Shown here: positions 8,875 through 17,813 of the stretch, in pieces
Layout: each line of letters opens with the position of its first letter
How positions within the stretch are numbered: the stretch's first letter is position 1
Virus record (IMG/VR): IMGVR_UViG_3300044695_004869
DNA length: 64,000 nucleotides
Source: a virus
Taxonomy: Duplodnaviria > Caudoviricetes
Reading direction: 5' to 3' (one strand)
Notes under the pieces: model-generated
What the model saw: the letters and a program-made list of their open reading frames with translations, nothing else
Databases searched by the model: none
What the model was told of the DNA's origin: nothing
Position numbers and translations under genes: made by a program

Positions 8875-9800
8875 CCTCTATTATATTTTAAATATTGATT
8901 AATTAATAAATCACCTTGTGGTTGATATTTGAACCCTTTACCCTTAACTCTTAACGGCATTGAGGTATCTATATTATTAGGAAACTTAATACTTATTGAT
9001 CCATCGGGATGAGGTACCTCAAAATCCCCTTTTTGAAAATCTCCAATATTTAAAAATGCATTATATATTAAATTAGGTCCATCCTTTTCAAAATTTCCCT
9101 CATTTATCGTTCTTATTCTCACAACTAAATTACCGTAACCCCCATTTCTGTAATCACCAAGTCCTTGTAACCTTAAAAATTGACCATCATCAATACCATG
9201 TGGTAATTGTACTTCTATTGTGTTTATTGTGTTTTTAGCCCCTTGTCCACCGCAAGCATAACAAGCGGCGGTTGTTATTTTTCCAACACCATTACAAGTT
9301 CCACAAGCAACCTGTACAATTTGAATGAACATACCTGAACCCATTTGTTTAACTGTATATCCTTGTCCTCCACAAGTGTGACATACTTTCTTTTCACCAC
9401 CTGTTCCATTACAAGGATTACATTTATCCTTTCTATTATATGTCATTGTTTTCTTTCCACCCATATAAGATTCTATCACACCAATATGAACATCAATAAC
9501 AGTATCGTGAACTCTAGTTTGTTGTCTACGATTACCACCAAACATACTGTTCATCATTTCTTCCATAGATGCTCCACCAAATCCACCCATGTTACCAAAT
9601 GGATTGTTTTTTTGTTGATCGTACTGCCTACGTTTAGTTTCGTCACCTATTGTATCATAAGCCGTTGAGATTTTTTTAAACTTCTCTTCATCCCCTCCTT
9701 TATCAGGATGGTTCTCTTTTACTAACTTTCTATATTCTCTTTTAATCTCCTCTTGGGTCGCACTTTCATTAACCCCCAAAACACTATAATAATCTTCCAT
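8871..9800 (-). CDS. dnaJ: DnaJ co-chaperone (type I)
   Basis: J-domain with HPD, G/F-rich linker, four CxxCxGxG repeats and a C-terminal domain (LRVKGKG). Confidence 0.95.
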   Translation of the reverse strand: MEDYYSVLGVNESATQEEIKREYRKLVKENHPDKGGDEEKFKKISTAYDTIGDETKRRQYDQQKNNPFGNMGGFGGASMEEMMNSMFGGNRRQQTRVHDTVIDVHIGVIESYMGGKKTMTYNRKDKCNPCNGTGGEKKVCHTCGGQGYTVKQMGSGMFIQIVQVACGTCNGVGKITTAACYACGGQGAKNTINTIEVQLPHGIDDGQFLRLQGLGDYRNGGYGNLVVRIRTINEGNFEKDGPNLIYNAFLNIGDFQKGDFEVPHPDGSISIKFPNNIDTSMPLRVKGKGFKYQPQGDLLINQYLKYNRG

Positions 9801-9851
9801 ATTTATTTTAACTTATTTACACTTATATTTAACAGATATATAATAATCAAA

Positions 9852-10487
9852 ATGGATAACTATATAATCGTATTGTTTAAAAATAAAACAAAAAAGAAAA
9901 TTATCAAGAAATTTAAGACATTTGATAGGGCTAAAAAATTTTATGATAATTTAGTTAAGGAAAGTCAATCGGTTATATTTGGAATGAAAACGGAGAATGG
10001 TAAACCGTGTGAATATGAAATTGGTTTTCTGGAACGAGTAATTGCTCACAGACCTTATTTTGTAAGAGACCAATTTGGTAGACAAATTAAAATTGATCTT
10101 GATGATCCTGATTTTAACATCACGGTTATTAATCAATATAATAAGGAAGAATTAATATATGATCTTAATAAATCAAAGAAGATAACCGTTCCTACATTAT
10201 TGAAACAATACTTACCTAAAGTTGGAGTTAAATTAGTATCTAAACTTAACAATAAAATTGTTATACAAAACGATGATAAGATATTTCTTTTTTCACTTAA
10301 GAGTGAGGATGATTGTGATCGGTTAATGGATTGTCTTTCTTCCCATATGTTAAACGAGGGAAGGATTGATTGTCTTTTAGTTAAAGATTCTTCAAAAGAA
10401 CAAAAGAAATATATGTACGATCTTTTGTCAGAAAATGGTTATTCTAAATCAGTTCTTTACCGTAGATTTACCACGTATAAGAGATAG
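9852..10487 (+). CDS. Hypothetical protein
   Basis: Start moved to MDNYIIVLFKNK (9852) to avoid overlap with dnaJ. Confidence 0.75.
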   Translation: MDNYIIVLFKNKTKKKIIKKFKTFDRAKKFYDNLVKESQSVIFGMKTENGKPCEYEIGFLERVIAHRPYFVRDQFGRQIKIDLDDPDFNITVINQYNKEELIYDLNKSKKITVPTLLKQYLPKVGVKLVSKLNNKIVIQNDDKIFLFSLKSEDDCDRLMDCLSSHMLNEGRIDCLLVKDSSKEQKKYMYDLLSENGYSKSVLYRRFTTYKR

Positions 10488-10769
10488 TACTTTAGAAAAA
10501 AACCCTTGTTTTTTAATTTCTTTTGGTGGTTCAACAATTTTAAATTCCCCATCTAAAATAAAAATAACTTCAACACCGGATAGATCAATTTTAAATTGTT
10601 TAAAACCTTGATCTATTTGCCTAAAATTTGATTGCACTTTTTTAAAGTCATCAAAAGGTAACTCAAGGACTATAGCACTTTTACCATTTGGAAATAGTGT
10701 TTGAGTCGCGTCTGTTATCATTGCTAACTTTTCAATTATCCCATCAATACTTTTTTGATCTTCTGCCAT
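10449..10769 (-). CDS. Hypothetical protein
   Basis: 106 aa ORF in a run of small minus-strand genes. Confidence 0.7.
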   Translation of the reverse strand: MAEDQKSIDGIIEKLAMITDATQTLFPNGKSAIVLELPFDDFKKVQSNFRQIDQGFKQFKIDLSGVEVIFILDGEFKIVEPPKEIKKQGFFSKVLSLIRGKSTVKN

Positions 10770-10906
10770 ATGGTTAGTTTTATTTTCTTTTTAACGGGAA
10801 TAATATCTTCTTTATTAATTTTTTTAATTTGATTAATGAAACGATTTTTTTCGTTTATCAAATCAAGTTGGTCTTTTTCAATTTCATTATTTAGCCATTG
10901 TTGCAT
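10736..10906 (-). CDS. Small basic hypothetical protein
   Basis: MQQWLNNEIEKD...; start uncertain (ORF track gives 10942). Confidence 0.5.
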   Translation of the reverse strand: MQQWLNNEIEKDQLDLINEKNRFINQIKKINKEDIIPVKKKIKLTIWQKIKKVLMG

Positions 10907-11324
10907 TCCCTCCAACCGGCTTGATGGTTTCTTCTGTGTCATCTAACATAATTTTTTCTTCGATGATTTCAAATTTTAATGCTTGTAGATCATCTAACTT
11001 TTCTTTTTCAAACATCTTTTTAAGTTCATCCACCTTTACTTGGAATAATTTTTCCTTTTCTTCTCTTTCCTTATTATATGCAATTATATTTTTAATGTTT
11101 GATATAATCTCATCAACTGATTTTTCATCAAATTCTGAAACAAATGAAAAGAATCTAAACCCTTGTTTTGATTTATCATTTTCAACCACTTTTTCTTCAT
11201 TCACATATTTTTTAGGTAATTTCCAAGTATCGGGAAATTCAATATCAAACGATAAGTATGTCTTTAATTTCCTAACCGATTGTAAATATGGGAATAATAT
11301 TGTAAATTCCTTAAATAAGCTCAT
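10887..11324 (-). CDS. Hypothetical protein
   Basis: 145 aa with a coiled-coil-like C-terminal half. Confidence 0.75.
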   Translation of the reverse strand: MSLFKEFTILFPYLQSVRKLKTYLSFDIEFPDTWKLPKKYVNEEKVVENDKSKQGFRFFSFVSEFDEKSVDEIISNIKNIIAYNKEREEKEKLFQVKVDELKKMFEKEKLDDLQALKFEIIEEKIMLDDTEETIKPVGGNATMAK

Positions 11325-11513
11325 TTATACTTGTATTAAATATGTTATTATATAACTTAATGCTAAACCGTTGAATAAAATCTCCTTACTACTTAAAACC
11401 ATTCTTTCAGGATTTGTTTGTAATAAGGAGATAATAAATTTGAACGTTGTTCTCACCAATAAGATTGCCGAGAAAACAAAAACAAATAAATATATTGTAT
11501 TAATATTAGTCAT
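11325..11513 (-). CDS. Small two-TM membrane protein
   Basis: MTNINTIYLFVFVFSAILLV...LFNGLALSYIITYLIQV; start at 11513 overlaps the stop of the upstream Hc1-like gene. Confidence 0.65.
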   Translation of the reverse strand: MTNINTIYLFVFVFSAILLVRTTFKFIISLLQTNPERMVLSSKEILFNGLALSYIITYLIQV

Positions 11514-11679
11514 TTTTTCTTGTTTCCAAAATCTCACCTCTAAGTGTTTGTAACAACGCTTTCAATTCTTGTGATGTTTTTCTAGCACGTGTTCCAGCAC
11601 TTTTATTACCACCGTAGAATTTAGTTACATCAACATTTAATTCTTCTGTCAACGTTTTAATTTTTTCTAAAGTTTCCAT
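11506..11679 (-). CDS. Histone H1-like (Hc1 family, Bacteroidota type) protein (missed by ORF track)
   Basis: METLEKIKTLTEELNVDVTKFYGGNKSAGTRARKTSQELKALLQTLRGEILETRKND*; GNKSAGTRARK matches the GNK(A/S)AGxRARK signature. Confidence 0.75.
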   Translation of the reverse strand: METLEKIKTLTEELNVDVTKFYGGNKSAGTRARKTSQELKALLQTLRGEILETRKND

Positions 11680-11746
11680 TGTTTAAAATAATAATTGTTT
11701 ATTTTTATATAATCAAATCTAAATCAATAAATGTCGTTTGTAAATA

Positions 11747-12214
11747 CTATAAGAGTATATTTTTATCTAACGACTTATATATACTAGATATCATATCTAA
11801 ATCAGATTTTGTAAACGGTTTTTTTCTATCAAAAACATCCGTAAAAAAAGTAGGTATAGAATTCTTTATCTTATCCTCTTTTTGTAAATAAAATATCTCC
11901 ATAAAAAAATCTAAGAAGTAATCAAGATGATCACCCTTCTCATTAAAAATGAGGCTTTCTTTATTAAAATTTTCTATTGTTTTTTTCCAACACCATTGAA
12001 AATGATTTTTCTTGTCGTCATCTGTCATGTTGATCTTTGTTTCAGATCCGTTGTTGTCATCACCCAAATATGTCTCAACTATCAAATAATATAGCGAAAA
12101 GGTGAAATCATAATATAAATCCATTTTTTCAGGAATTATATTATTAATCCTAAACCAAATATCAACATCCTCAGGTTTCATCGGTTGGGTTATATAGTTA
12201 AAAAAATTCTCCAT
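11747..12214 (-). CDS. Hypothetical protein
   Basis: 155 aa ORF. Confidence 0.8.
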   Translation of the reverse strand: MENFFNYITQPMKPEDVDIWFRINNIIPEKMDLYYDFTFSLYYLIVETYLGDDNNGSETKINMTDDDKKNHFQWCWKKTIENFNKESLIFNEKGDHLDYFLDFFMEIFYLQKEDKIKNSIPTFFTDVFDRKKPFTKSDLDMISSIYKSLDKNILL

Positions 12215-12234
12215 AGATTTATGTCTATGGAGAA
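12201..12234 (-). terminator. 11-bp hairpin plus U-tract overlapping the start codon of the 12214 gene
   Basis: TTCTCCATAGA (12207-12217) and TCTATGGAGAA (12224-12234) are a perfect inverted repeat; six A at 12201-12206. Confidence 0.6.
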
Positions 12235-12262
12235 ATTATAATAAAGATATGGTATATGTAAA

Positions 12263-13672
12263 TTATTGGGTCTTTTGGTTATACCCAATTAAACTTTTCA
12301 TTCTGTTAAACTCTTCGTTTAATTTTTCTGTTTTTTTATCAACACTTTCAAGTTTAATATTAACACCGCTTCCTGAGTTCTCACCCGTACCATCACTTAT
12401 AGGTTGTTTAGATTTTCTATAAGCAGTTTCTTTAGCTTTGTGGAATTTTTTAGCCTTTTGTTTTTTAACTAATTTTTCACCTAAATCGGTTTCTTCCGCA
12501 TTAGCCCACTCAGGGTTATTACCAGTTCTTGACGAGCCTTTGATGTTATCTTTTACCCAATCTTCATCATATGTGATTTCTTCAGGTACAAGATCCTCCA
12601 TACCAGGACTCATATAATCATCTAAAAATTCTTTTCCACCATCAGACATAACATAAGCCTTTTTACTCATCTTTTCTAATTCACCGTTACCTTTGGGGAA
12701 ATGTTTTGGATCTGTTGTAAATTTCTCTTTAGACCCATCTTTCTGATATTCAGTAATTTTCTTTGTGAATTCTTTCATGTATTCTTTATTCTCTTTACCC
12801 GATCCTTTGTGAGCCTTTTCATACGCTTCTAAACCTGCCGGTGTTTTTCCTTTCTTAATATTATCTTTTTCTTCCATAATAATTTGTTCTATCATATCAA
12901 CAATTTCACTTTCAGTAAATAATTCAGAATCATTACCTGATTGTAATTTGTATAATACTCCCTCTTCTAATGAAGAATTATCAGTATATTCTTTATTACC
13001 AAGTTTAAATTTACCACCTTTTGGTGTGTTCCTTAATTTATCTGTAAATGCATTACCTTCCGAAGTTTCTTCCTCTTCCATTGACCATTTGTCACCACAT
13101 TCCATACATTCACCACGATTTTCTTTTGTTTCTTTTTTCTTTCTTAACATTTTAAAATCTTCCGCATCAATTTTATTGTGAGGTTTTGCTTGTTTTGCGA
13201 TAAATTTTTGTCCTTTAGATAATAATCTTTCAGTAATTTCCTCAATATCAATTTCATCAATTTCATCAAAATCATCTAAACCTTCATCAGGTATTAACAT
13301 ACCCATCATATCATCTTGGAATATGTTATGTTGAGTTCCTCCTTGTGGGTAATTAGTCCTACCTTTATAAGATAATTCTTTTCCACTTTCTTCTCTCTTA
13401 AACTTTTTCGGGTTGTATTTATATTTTTTGTCCATTTCAAGATCATCTAACCCAATTTCTAATACTTCACCGTCTTTCATATAACCACACTCCATACATT
13501 GCCCTTCAACCATAGGTGACCCACATTCGCAAGTTTCACCTTCCTCAACATAATCAAATGAAGAACCTGGTTTATTAAATTTTAATTTTTCCATTACTTC
13601 ATTTGCCTTATCTTCTAAAGTTTCATTGAGGATTTTTTTCAATAAAACATCATAATATTTGTTATTTTTCAT
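12263..13672 (-). CDS. Charged hypothetical protein with CxxC motifs (possible head/scaffold-associated)
   Basis: CECG and two CMECG motifs; C-terminal KLNEEFNRMKSLIGY. Confidence 0.85.
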   Translation of the reverse strand: MKNNKYYDVLLKKILNETLEDKANEVMEKLKFNKPGSSFDYVEEGETCECGSPMVEGQCMECGYMKDGEVLEIGLDDLEMDKKYKYNPKKFKREESGKELSYKGRTNYPQGGTQHNIFQDDMMGMLIPDEGLDDFDEIDEIDIEEITERLLSKGQKFIAKQAKPHNKIDAEDFKMLRKKKETKENRGECMECGDKWSMEEEETSEGNAFTDKLRNTPKGGKFKLGNKEYTDNSSLEEGVLYKLQSGNDSELFTESEIVDMIEQIIMEEKDNIKKGKTPAGLEAYEKAHKGSGKENKEYMKEFTKKITEYQKDGSKEKFTTDPKHFPKGNGELEKMSKKAYVMSDGGKEFLDDYMSPGMEDLVPEEITYDEDWVKDNIKGSSRTGNNPEWANAEETDLGEKLVKKQKAKKFHKAKETAYRKSKQPISDGTGENSGSGVNIKLESVDKKTEKLNEEFNRMKSLIGYNQKTQ

Positions 13673-13687
13673 TTTCTTGTTTTTTAT

Positions 13688-13694
13688 ATAAATA
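13688..13694 (-). promoter_or_regulatory. TATTTAT motif
   Basis: GATATTTATA 15 nt upstream of the 13672 start. Confidence 0.5.
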
Positions 13695-14459
13695 TCAATG
13701 TTTATTCAATTTTTCCATCTCCAAATAAATTATGTTTCTAATATAACTCTCTGTGAGACCATAAGATTCACTTATATTTGATATTACTTTCTTTAACCCT
13801 TCATTTTCAAAGATTTTAAGCGCATTAATATCACCCTGATTACAATAAGGAAACTTTTTACACTTTTTCTTAACTTGGACAAACTTACCACCAGGTAATT
13901 GTGTTTTACGGCTTGGTCCCCAATCTTTTTTACTAGTTGACTTCGCCCACATCTTGGGTCCTGAATATTGACCTGATGATGTGGTACTTGCACCTTCTTT
14001 TGTTTCAACCTTTTTAGGTCTATTACAAACACATTTAGATTTAACTCTATCACAAGAATCACAATACTCTTCTTCTTTCATCTCTTTGGACGTAAACAAT
14101 TGACCTGAATATGCCCCCGCAGATACTGCACCCATTTCTTTAGGTTCTTCTTTTTTACCTTTAGTGACTTTTAATAATGAATTAAGGAAATCATTAAGAT
14201 CTTCCGGATCCTCCAACATTTTTTTCAATTCAACCCTTGTTTTATTTGCCGATAATCTTTTATTTTTTACCAACACTAAAATGTCTTTTAAATCATTCTT
14301 ATCTTTAAGATAATCCTGAGGTTTTGTTTTTTTCTTTTTTTCGTTCTCTTCGGCCATTGGTTGGAAATTTTTTCTTTGTTTAGCCAATTCAGTTCCAGTA
14401 ACTCCCAAATCGGTAGCATTTTTATTATATTCTTTATTAAATAAATCAATTAAATCCAT
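13695..14459 (-). CDS. Basic hypothetical protein
   Basis: 254 aa; CDSC..CVC, CKKFPYCNQG and a duplicated YSG motif. Confidence 0.8.
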   Translation of the reverse strand: MDLIDLFNKEYNKNATDLGVTGTELAKQRKNFQPMAEENEKKKKTKPQDYLKDKNDLKDILVLVKNKRLSANKTRVELKKMLEDPEDLNDFLNSLLKVTKGKKEEPKEMGAVSAGAYSGQLFTSKEMKEEEYCDSCDRVKSKCVCNRPKKVETKEGASTTSSGQYSGPKMWAKSTSKKDWGPSRKTQLPGGKFVQVKKKCKKFPYCNQGDINALKIFENEGLKKVISNISESYGLTESYIRNIIYLEMEKLNKH

Positions 14460-14704
14460 TATGAACTTTTGAATTTAGATTCCCAGAAACTTCTTTGCTG
14501 GTACATTATGGTATAAAACTCCCTAAATGATTTAATAATTAACTCCTTAACGTCTTTTTCCAACTTACCTCTTTTCATCTCCTTAGAGATTCTTTCCACT
14601 AATTTGTCTTCAAATTGTTTGGCGGTAGAAGATCCTAAGAAATCTTTAATTTCTTTTTTAATAAGTGTTTCAATTTCTCTTTTATCTGCCTGTGTTAACG
14701 CCAT
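14459..14704 (-). CDS. Hypothetical protein
   Basis: 81 aa helical ORF, 1-nt overlap with the next gene. Confidence 0.75.
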   Translation of the reverse strand: MALTQADKREIETLIKKEIKDFLGSSTAKQFEDKLVERISKEMKRGKLEKDVKELIIKSFREFYTIMYQQRSFWESKFKSS

Positions 14705-14705
14705 C

Positions 14706-15119
14706 TTAATTACTTACTACTTCGTATGTTAATGCTCCTATAATTACAGCGGAAACTATCTGTATGATTGTATTTTTTCTCTTTAATTTTTTGTTATCTG
14801 AAGTAAGGTCTTTATTGATGTTATCTACAATTTGAAACTTCTCATTTGTTTTTTGTATAATGGTTTCACTTGTTTTAACCTTTTCTTCCATGGTGGTAAT
14901 CACCGATTGTTGTAGATCAATTTTTTTATTTAACTCAATCACTTCCTCCTCAGTTAATTTTAAAATTGCTGTAGTTGAATCTAATTTATTTAAATCCAAC
15001 ATAATTTGTTTTCCCACAGTATACGGTAAACAAATTTCAGTTGTATCTTCCTTCTTAATTGTTTGACTGAAAGAGGTAATCCCAATTGCCATGAATACTA
15101 TTAATAATAAATTTTTCAT
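14706..15119 (-). CDS. Exported coiled-coil protein with C-terminal hydrophobic helix
   Basis: Signal peptide MKNLLLIVFMAIGITSFS/Q, heptad region, IIQIVSAVIIGALTY. Confidence 0.75.
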   Translation of the reverse strand: MKNLLLIVFMAIGITSFSQTIKKEDTTEICLPYTVGKQIMLDLNKLDSTTAILKLTEEEVIELNKKIDLQQSVITTMEEKVKTSETIIQKTNEKFQIVDNINKDLTSDNKKLKRKNTIIQIVSAVIIGALTYEVVSN

Positions 15120-15122
15120 TTT

Positions 15123-15476
15123 TTAAAAATTATATCTTGATCGTAATAAACTATCAACTTGTTTAGCGTTAGAGTTTTTAATTTCTTTACCTTTTTGTTC
15201 GTAGTAATTATTAACAACTTCTTTTTTAACTTTTATATTTGAGATTGTTGAATCTATCTTCAAAATCTCTTTATTGTATTCGGTTATTTTTTCATCTAAC
15301 TGTTTCTGATATTCAATCATACTGTTAATATCTTTATCAAGTTGTTCAATTCTTTTTTTATCTTCCTTGGACATACCATTATCTTTACTTGTTAGATCAT
15401 AAATTAATAACCCAATTAAGATTAATAATATTGGTGTCATAATATATTTGAAATTTTCACTTAAAAACTTTCTCAT
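15123..15476 (-). CDS. N-terminally anchored coiled-coil protein (i-spanin-like topology)
   Basis: MRKFLSENFKYIMTPILLILIGLLIY followed by coiled coil; ATGA overlap with the upstream gene sets the start at 15476. Confidence 0.75.
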   Translation of the reverse strand: MRKFLSENFKYIMTPILLILIGLLIYDLTSKDNGMSKEDKKRIEQLDKDINSMIEYQKQLDEKITEYNKEILKIDSTISNIKVKKEVVNNYYEQKGKEIKNSNAKQVDSLLRSRYNF

Positions 15477-16102
15477 AATCCACTTGTTTCCTTTCTTGTT
15501 GATACGATTTTTGACCATTTTGTTTTAAACTTTTCATAATATGTTTTTAGTTTTGTTGACATTTCACTAAATTCATCATCAAGTTTAATCATGGTACCAT
15601 TAATATAAACTCCGTTTCTTTCCGCAATTGAAAAGAAAAACTCAATATCTAACTCTGTTATTTTACCTGACCATTCAACATTTGTTGGATATAAATTTAA
15701 TTTATTGAAGTCAGCCATTTCAGTAACTCCTTGTTTAAACTCATCCATAGTTTCTTGGAACGCCAACTTGTCATCTGTTGTTAATTGTAAGTCGCTAGTA
15801 TTTTTACTGTGAATTACTAAAATCGCACCTGAAATTCTATATGCCTTTTTTTTATCTGATTTTATTTCATCGTAATCCTCATCTTCTTCAGGTTTTTCAG
15901 CGGTTTCATATTCGGTATCATCCTTAATCTTATCATCAATATCTTTCATTATATTAATACCCGCGTCAGGATCTTCAACTGGTTGTTCAATTAATAACCC
16001 ATAAGTTTTTCTTATGCGATTATAATCTTCATTTAATTTATCACCCCCAATTAATTTTCTTGAAGCCGATAATAATTGTTTTAATTCGTCGTAATTACTC
16101 AT
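15473..16102 (-). CDS. Acidic hypothetical protein
   Basis: 209 aa ORF. Confidence 0.8.
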   Translation of the reverse strand: MSNYDELKQLLSASRKLIGGDKLNEDYNRIRKTYGLLIEQPVEDPDAGINIMKDIDDKIKDDTEYETAEKPEEDEDYDEIKSDKKKAYRISGAILVIHSKNTSDLQLTTDDKLAFQETMDEFKQGVTEMADFNKLNLYPTNVEWSGKITELDIEFFFSIAERNGVYINGTMIKLDDEFSEMSTKLKTYYEKFKTKWSKIVSTRKETSGL

Positions 16103-16694
16103 CGTATAATTGTTTTATAAAATATTCAAAATTAAAAGCCGGACTAACATCAGTAAAATCACTATCAAAATTACTTCTTGTCACAATACCTTCAACTTTT
16201 TCTACACCATTTATTTTCGTATTATGTTCAACACTTTTTAAAGGAATTAACGTTTCTTTTGTTATTTCAACACATAGTTTAGCAGTTATTTTTAACTGTT
16301 CTTCAACATAAGGTTGCCAAAAAAAATAATCTCTCCATTTACGTTCAAAAACCTTTTGATTATAAATATCTCCAATCCAATTAATGTGTGAATTTTTTAA
16401 TGGTTCTTTTTCTAACCATCCTAAATTTTCTAACGATATAACAATAGAGTTCATATCAACCTTATCATTACCATTATATTTACCATACTCATCGTTCTCC
16501 AATAACTGTAAAATCTTTCCATCTCTGGTAACAATATAGTTTGGTATCTTATTATACTTACCGTTATATCTATATTTTAGTGATTGTAAATAATCCTTTA
16601 CGTTTCGGGATGTGTTGGTTAGTATAATTTGTTTTTTGTTTTGGTTCTTCCCGACTGATTGGAAGTTCCCGTATTTCATCAGTTCATCCAGCAT
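16095..16694 (-). CDS. N-acetylmuramoyl-L-alanine amidase (Amidase_2/PGRP)-like protein, catalytic residues apparently lost
   Basis: YIVTRDGKILQLL, NSIVISLEN, EQL..TAKL and TDVSPAF follow the AmpD/T7 lysozyme fold, but both Zn-binding His and the catalytic Glu positions are substituted. Confidence 0.75.
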   Translation of the reverse strand: MLDELMKYGNFQSVGKNQNKKQIILTNTSRNVKDYLQSLKYRYNGKYNKIPNYIVTRDGKILQLLENDEYGKYNGNDKVDMNSIVISLENLGWLEKEPLKNSHINWIGDIYNQKVFERKWRDYFFWQPYVEEQLKITAKLCVEITKETLIPLKSVEHNTKINGVEKVEGIVTRSNFDSDFTDVSPAFNFEYFIKQLYDE

Positions 16695-17763
16695 TATTTT
16701 TAGTGTATCTTAAAACTTTAGGACCTTCTTGAGTCGTTGTTGTTGTAGTCGTAGTTTCATCATCCAACATTATATCCATATACAAATTGTCAGATTCAAA
16801 TAATTCCTCAATATTAGGAACTACCTTTCCTTTTTCCACAAATACTTCAACAGGAACCTCAACAATCTTCTCAACCTCTTTAATTACCTCAACAGGAACC
16901 TCAACTATCTTTTCAATTATAATAGGATCAACTTCATCGGTTACTTCATCGGTACTTGGTCGTTTTCTATTTGCCTTAAACGCCTGATTAGTCGCAATAA
17001 CTAATGTGATTGCCAATGGATCAAATACAAAAATCAAAATAAGAATAAATAAATTTGCAACTTCATTAAGTCCCCAACCACTTAATTCACTAACATATTT
17101 AATTGCTCCAAGTTCATTACCTTCAATCTCTTGGGATTCCATGTCCAATATTTTAATGTCTAATCTAGTTATACTGTCGTTCATTGCATCAATTTTACCC
17201 GACACAATATCTCGGTTGTCTTGAGCAGATTTTAACTGTTTCTCAAATGATTGTCTATTTGCATTATTTGCTCTTGTTACAATTTGACCTGTTTGTCTAT
17301 CCACAGTTTGAGTTGTTGTATTGCTTGATAACCCGTCTCTCAACTTTGAGATGTCCTTATCCAATATTGTTTTTTCTTTAGTGTACTCTAATTTAATCTC
17401 CTCAAACCTGTTTTTTTTAACCTCAATGTTTTTAATCTGTTTATCATTGATCTCTAATTTTGCAATGTTTGATTGGAATCCAGTACTCAATAAACCGTAT
17501 ATTCCGATGGATGTGATAATTGACAAAATAATTAATGCCATTGTTAAATAAATCTTCAATGCTCCGTAAGTTTCTTTCCATTTATCGTGTAAATAAGTCG
17601 CAATTGCTATCTTGGAAACTTCCAAAAACCCACCCATAATAATAACAGGTATAGCAACCCCCACAAACACTATTGATAGTCCAACAACACTATAATAAGC
17701 CGCAGTTCCCGATAGACCCAACGCACAAAATAATAAAAACCAAGGTAAAAATTTTTCTTTCAT
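16684..17763 (-). CDS. Multi-TM membrane protein with coiled coil and EKIVEVPVE repeats
   Basis: Three N-terminal TM helices (AAYYSVVGL..IIMGGFLEVSK), coiled coil, a further TM (FVFDPLAI) and a poly-Thr tail; start set at MKEKF (17763). Confidence 0.8.
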   Translation of the reverse strand: MKEKFLPWFLLFCALGLSGTAAYYSVVGLSIVFVGVAIPVIIMGGFLEVSKIAIATYLHDKWKETYGALKIYLTMALIILSIITSIGIYGLLSTGFQSNIAKLEINDKQIKNIEVKKNRFEEIKLEYTKEKTILDKDISKLRDGLSSNTTTQTVDRQTGQIVTRANNANRQSFEKQLKSAQDNRDIVSGKIDAMNDSITRLDIKILDMESQEIEGNELGAIKYVSELSGWGLNEVANLFILILIFVFDPLAITLVIATNQAFKANRKRPSTDEVTDEVDPIIIEKIVEVPVEVIKEVEKIVEVPVEVFVEKGKVVPNIEELFESDNLYMDIMLDDETTTTTTTTQEGPKVLRYTKNNAG

Positions 17764-17781
17764 AATAATTGTTATGTGTTT

Positions 17782-17807
17782 ATAAATATCAATAATAACA
17801 TATTTAT
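17782..17807. promoter_or_regulatory. Back-to-back TATTTAT motifs for divergent genes
   Basis: Minus-strand copy at 17782-17788 before 17763; plus-strand copy at 17801-17807 before 17814. Confidence 0.55.
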
Positions 17808-17813
17808 AATCAT

